NCBI GenBank assembly: GCA_032718475.1
Contig: JAUCBJ010007727.1
Coordinates: forward strand, 1,988 to 65,987
Origin: Nemertoderma westbladi
Taxonomy: Eukaryota; Animalia; Xenacoelomorpha
Direction of reading: 5' to 3'
Length of the DNA: 64,000 nucleotides
Part shown: positions 63,004 to 64,000 of the stretch, piece by piece
Layout of the letters: each line of letters opens with the position of its first letter
How positions within the stretch are numbered: the stretch's first letter is position 1
Notes under the pieces: generated by a model
Told to the model about the DNA's origin: nothing
Seen by the model: the letters and a program-made list of their open reading frames with translations, nothing else
Database searches by the model: none
Program-made: the position numbers and the translations under genes

Positions 63004-63760
63004 ACCAATGCTACTATTGCTTGTTTACAACGACAAACAATATTATTATACTTAAGGAGGGGAGGGGGGGGGGGGGGGGGGTAGCGCTACTTTAACACAG
63101 TCAATAAAACCAACGCAACAACCGGGCAAGGCTTGACCAAATTGAATAATTTTTAGGGTGCAGCATAAAATGATTACTATCACTAAAAACAATGAATCTT
63201 CCAATATACATTAGCTCTATATATCTAGTTATTTTGTATATATAATTAGGATAGAGTTGAATAAAATTTTTTATATTGATTATTTAGAATTTTATTATCA
63301 AATTGAATATTTTTTTTTGCTAATTTATAAAAAAAACATGAGCATTTTTCACATTCCGTATAGCCAATAAAATGAGTTAGGATCAACATTTTGAAATTCT
63401 GACCAATACTTTTGAAGAGTCCAATCTTGGACCAATCTTACTATGTCCAAATTTCATCAAAAAATATTCAAAATTGGCAAAAATTACCTTTAAAGTTTGA
63501 ACCTTACCGTGAAAAACTGTCTGTTAATATGTGAGAATGTCTGTCAATATATATCTAGCAACAAGAAACCACAAAACCATGCTAAGATTATTGCTATGGG
63601 CGTTTTCCTGGTCGCAGAATTCATTTCGAGTGTCAGTTTTAACATTTGATAGAAAAAAAATTTGAAGAAAAAATTTTAATTAGCGCTACCCCACCACCCC
63701 CTAATAAAAAAATACGATAAGTGAATTAAATTTAACATAATTATTAAAAAATTAAAATTT

Positions 63761-64000
63761 ACACCTTGTACAACATGGGACACCTTGTACAACAGGGGAC
63801 ACCTTGTACAACAGGGGACACCTTGTACAACTGGGGACACCTTGTACAACAGGGGATACCTTGTACAGCATGGGACACCTTGTACAACAGGGGACACCTT
63901 GTACAACAGGGGATACCTTGTACAGCATGGGACACCTTCTACAACATGGGACACCTTGTACATGGGACACCTTGTACAACATGGGGCACCTTGTACAACA
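63761..64000. repeat. 19-bp tandem array running off the window end
   Basis: Unit ACACCTTGTACAACA(T/G)GGG, about 12 copies. Confidence 0.93.

Noticed and set aside
1405-63082. Many G/C homopolymer runs as functional G-quadruplexes
   Set aside because: Most lie within MITE or Helentron-type repeats, and homopolymer lengths are error-prone.

Overview
AT-rich animal genomic DNA; no prokaryotic features or CRISPR. One host gene can be reconstructed on the minus strand: a 6-exon, 333-aa DUF547-family protein (40976 down to 4763) whose intron 2 is a minor-spliceosome (U12, GT-AG) intron. Its 24.6-kb intron 3 holds a young 16.9-kb BEL/Pao LTR retrotransposon (16297-33183, minus strand, 1884-bp near-identical LTRs, GGCAT target duplication) inserted into a 63-bp satellite. 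This element is the most unusual thing in the window. Its termini are TA...TA. It has no tRNA-type primer binding site; instead an 11-nt site abutting the LTR is perfectly complementary to a sequence inside its own LTR, which suggests Tf1-like self-priming. It also carries a tRNA-derived Pol III cassette in U3, a YGYG-tetraloop hairpin repeated about ten times across the element, and an extra three-zinc-knuckle ORF after pol. Its gag-pol frame is broken by a hAT remnant with a hairpin-type footprint. The rest of the window is repeats: four RTE LINE fragments with (TAG)n tails, a hammerhead-ribozyme retrozyme/Penelope-like unit, CRE and other LINE fragments, many MITEs, Helentron-associated repeats, a 5.4-kb 45-bp satellite and a 19-bp array. 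All calls are by eye from the sequence; no database searches were run.
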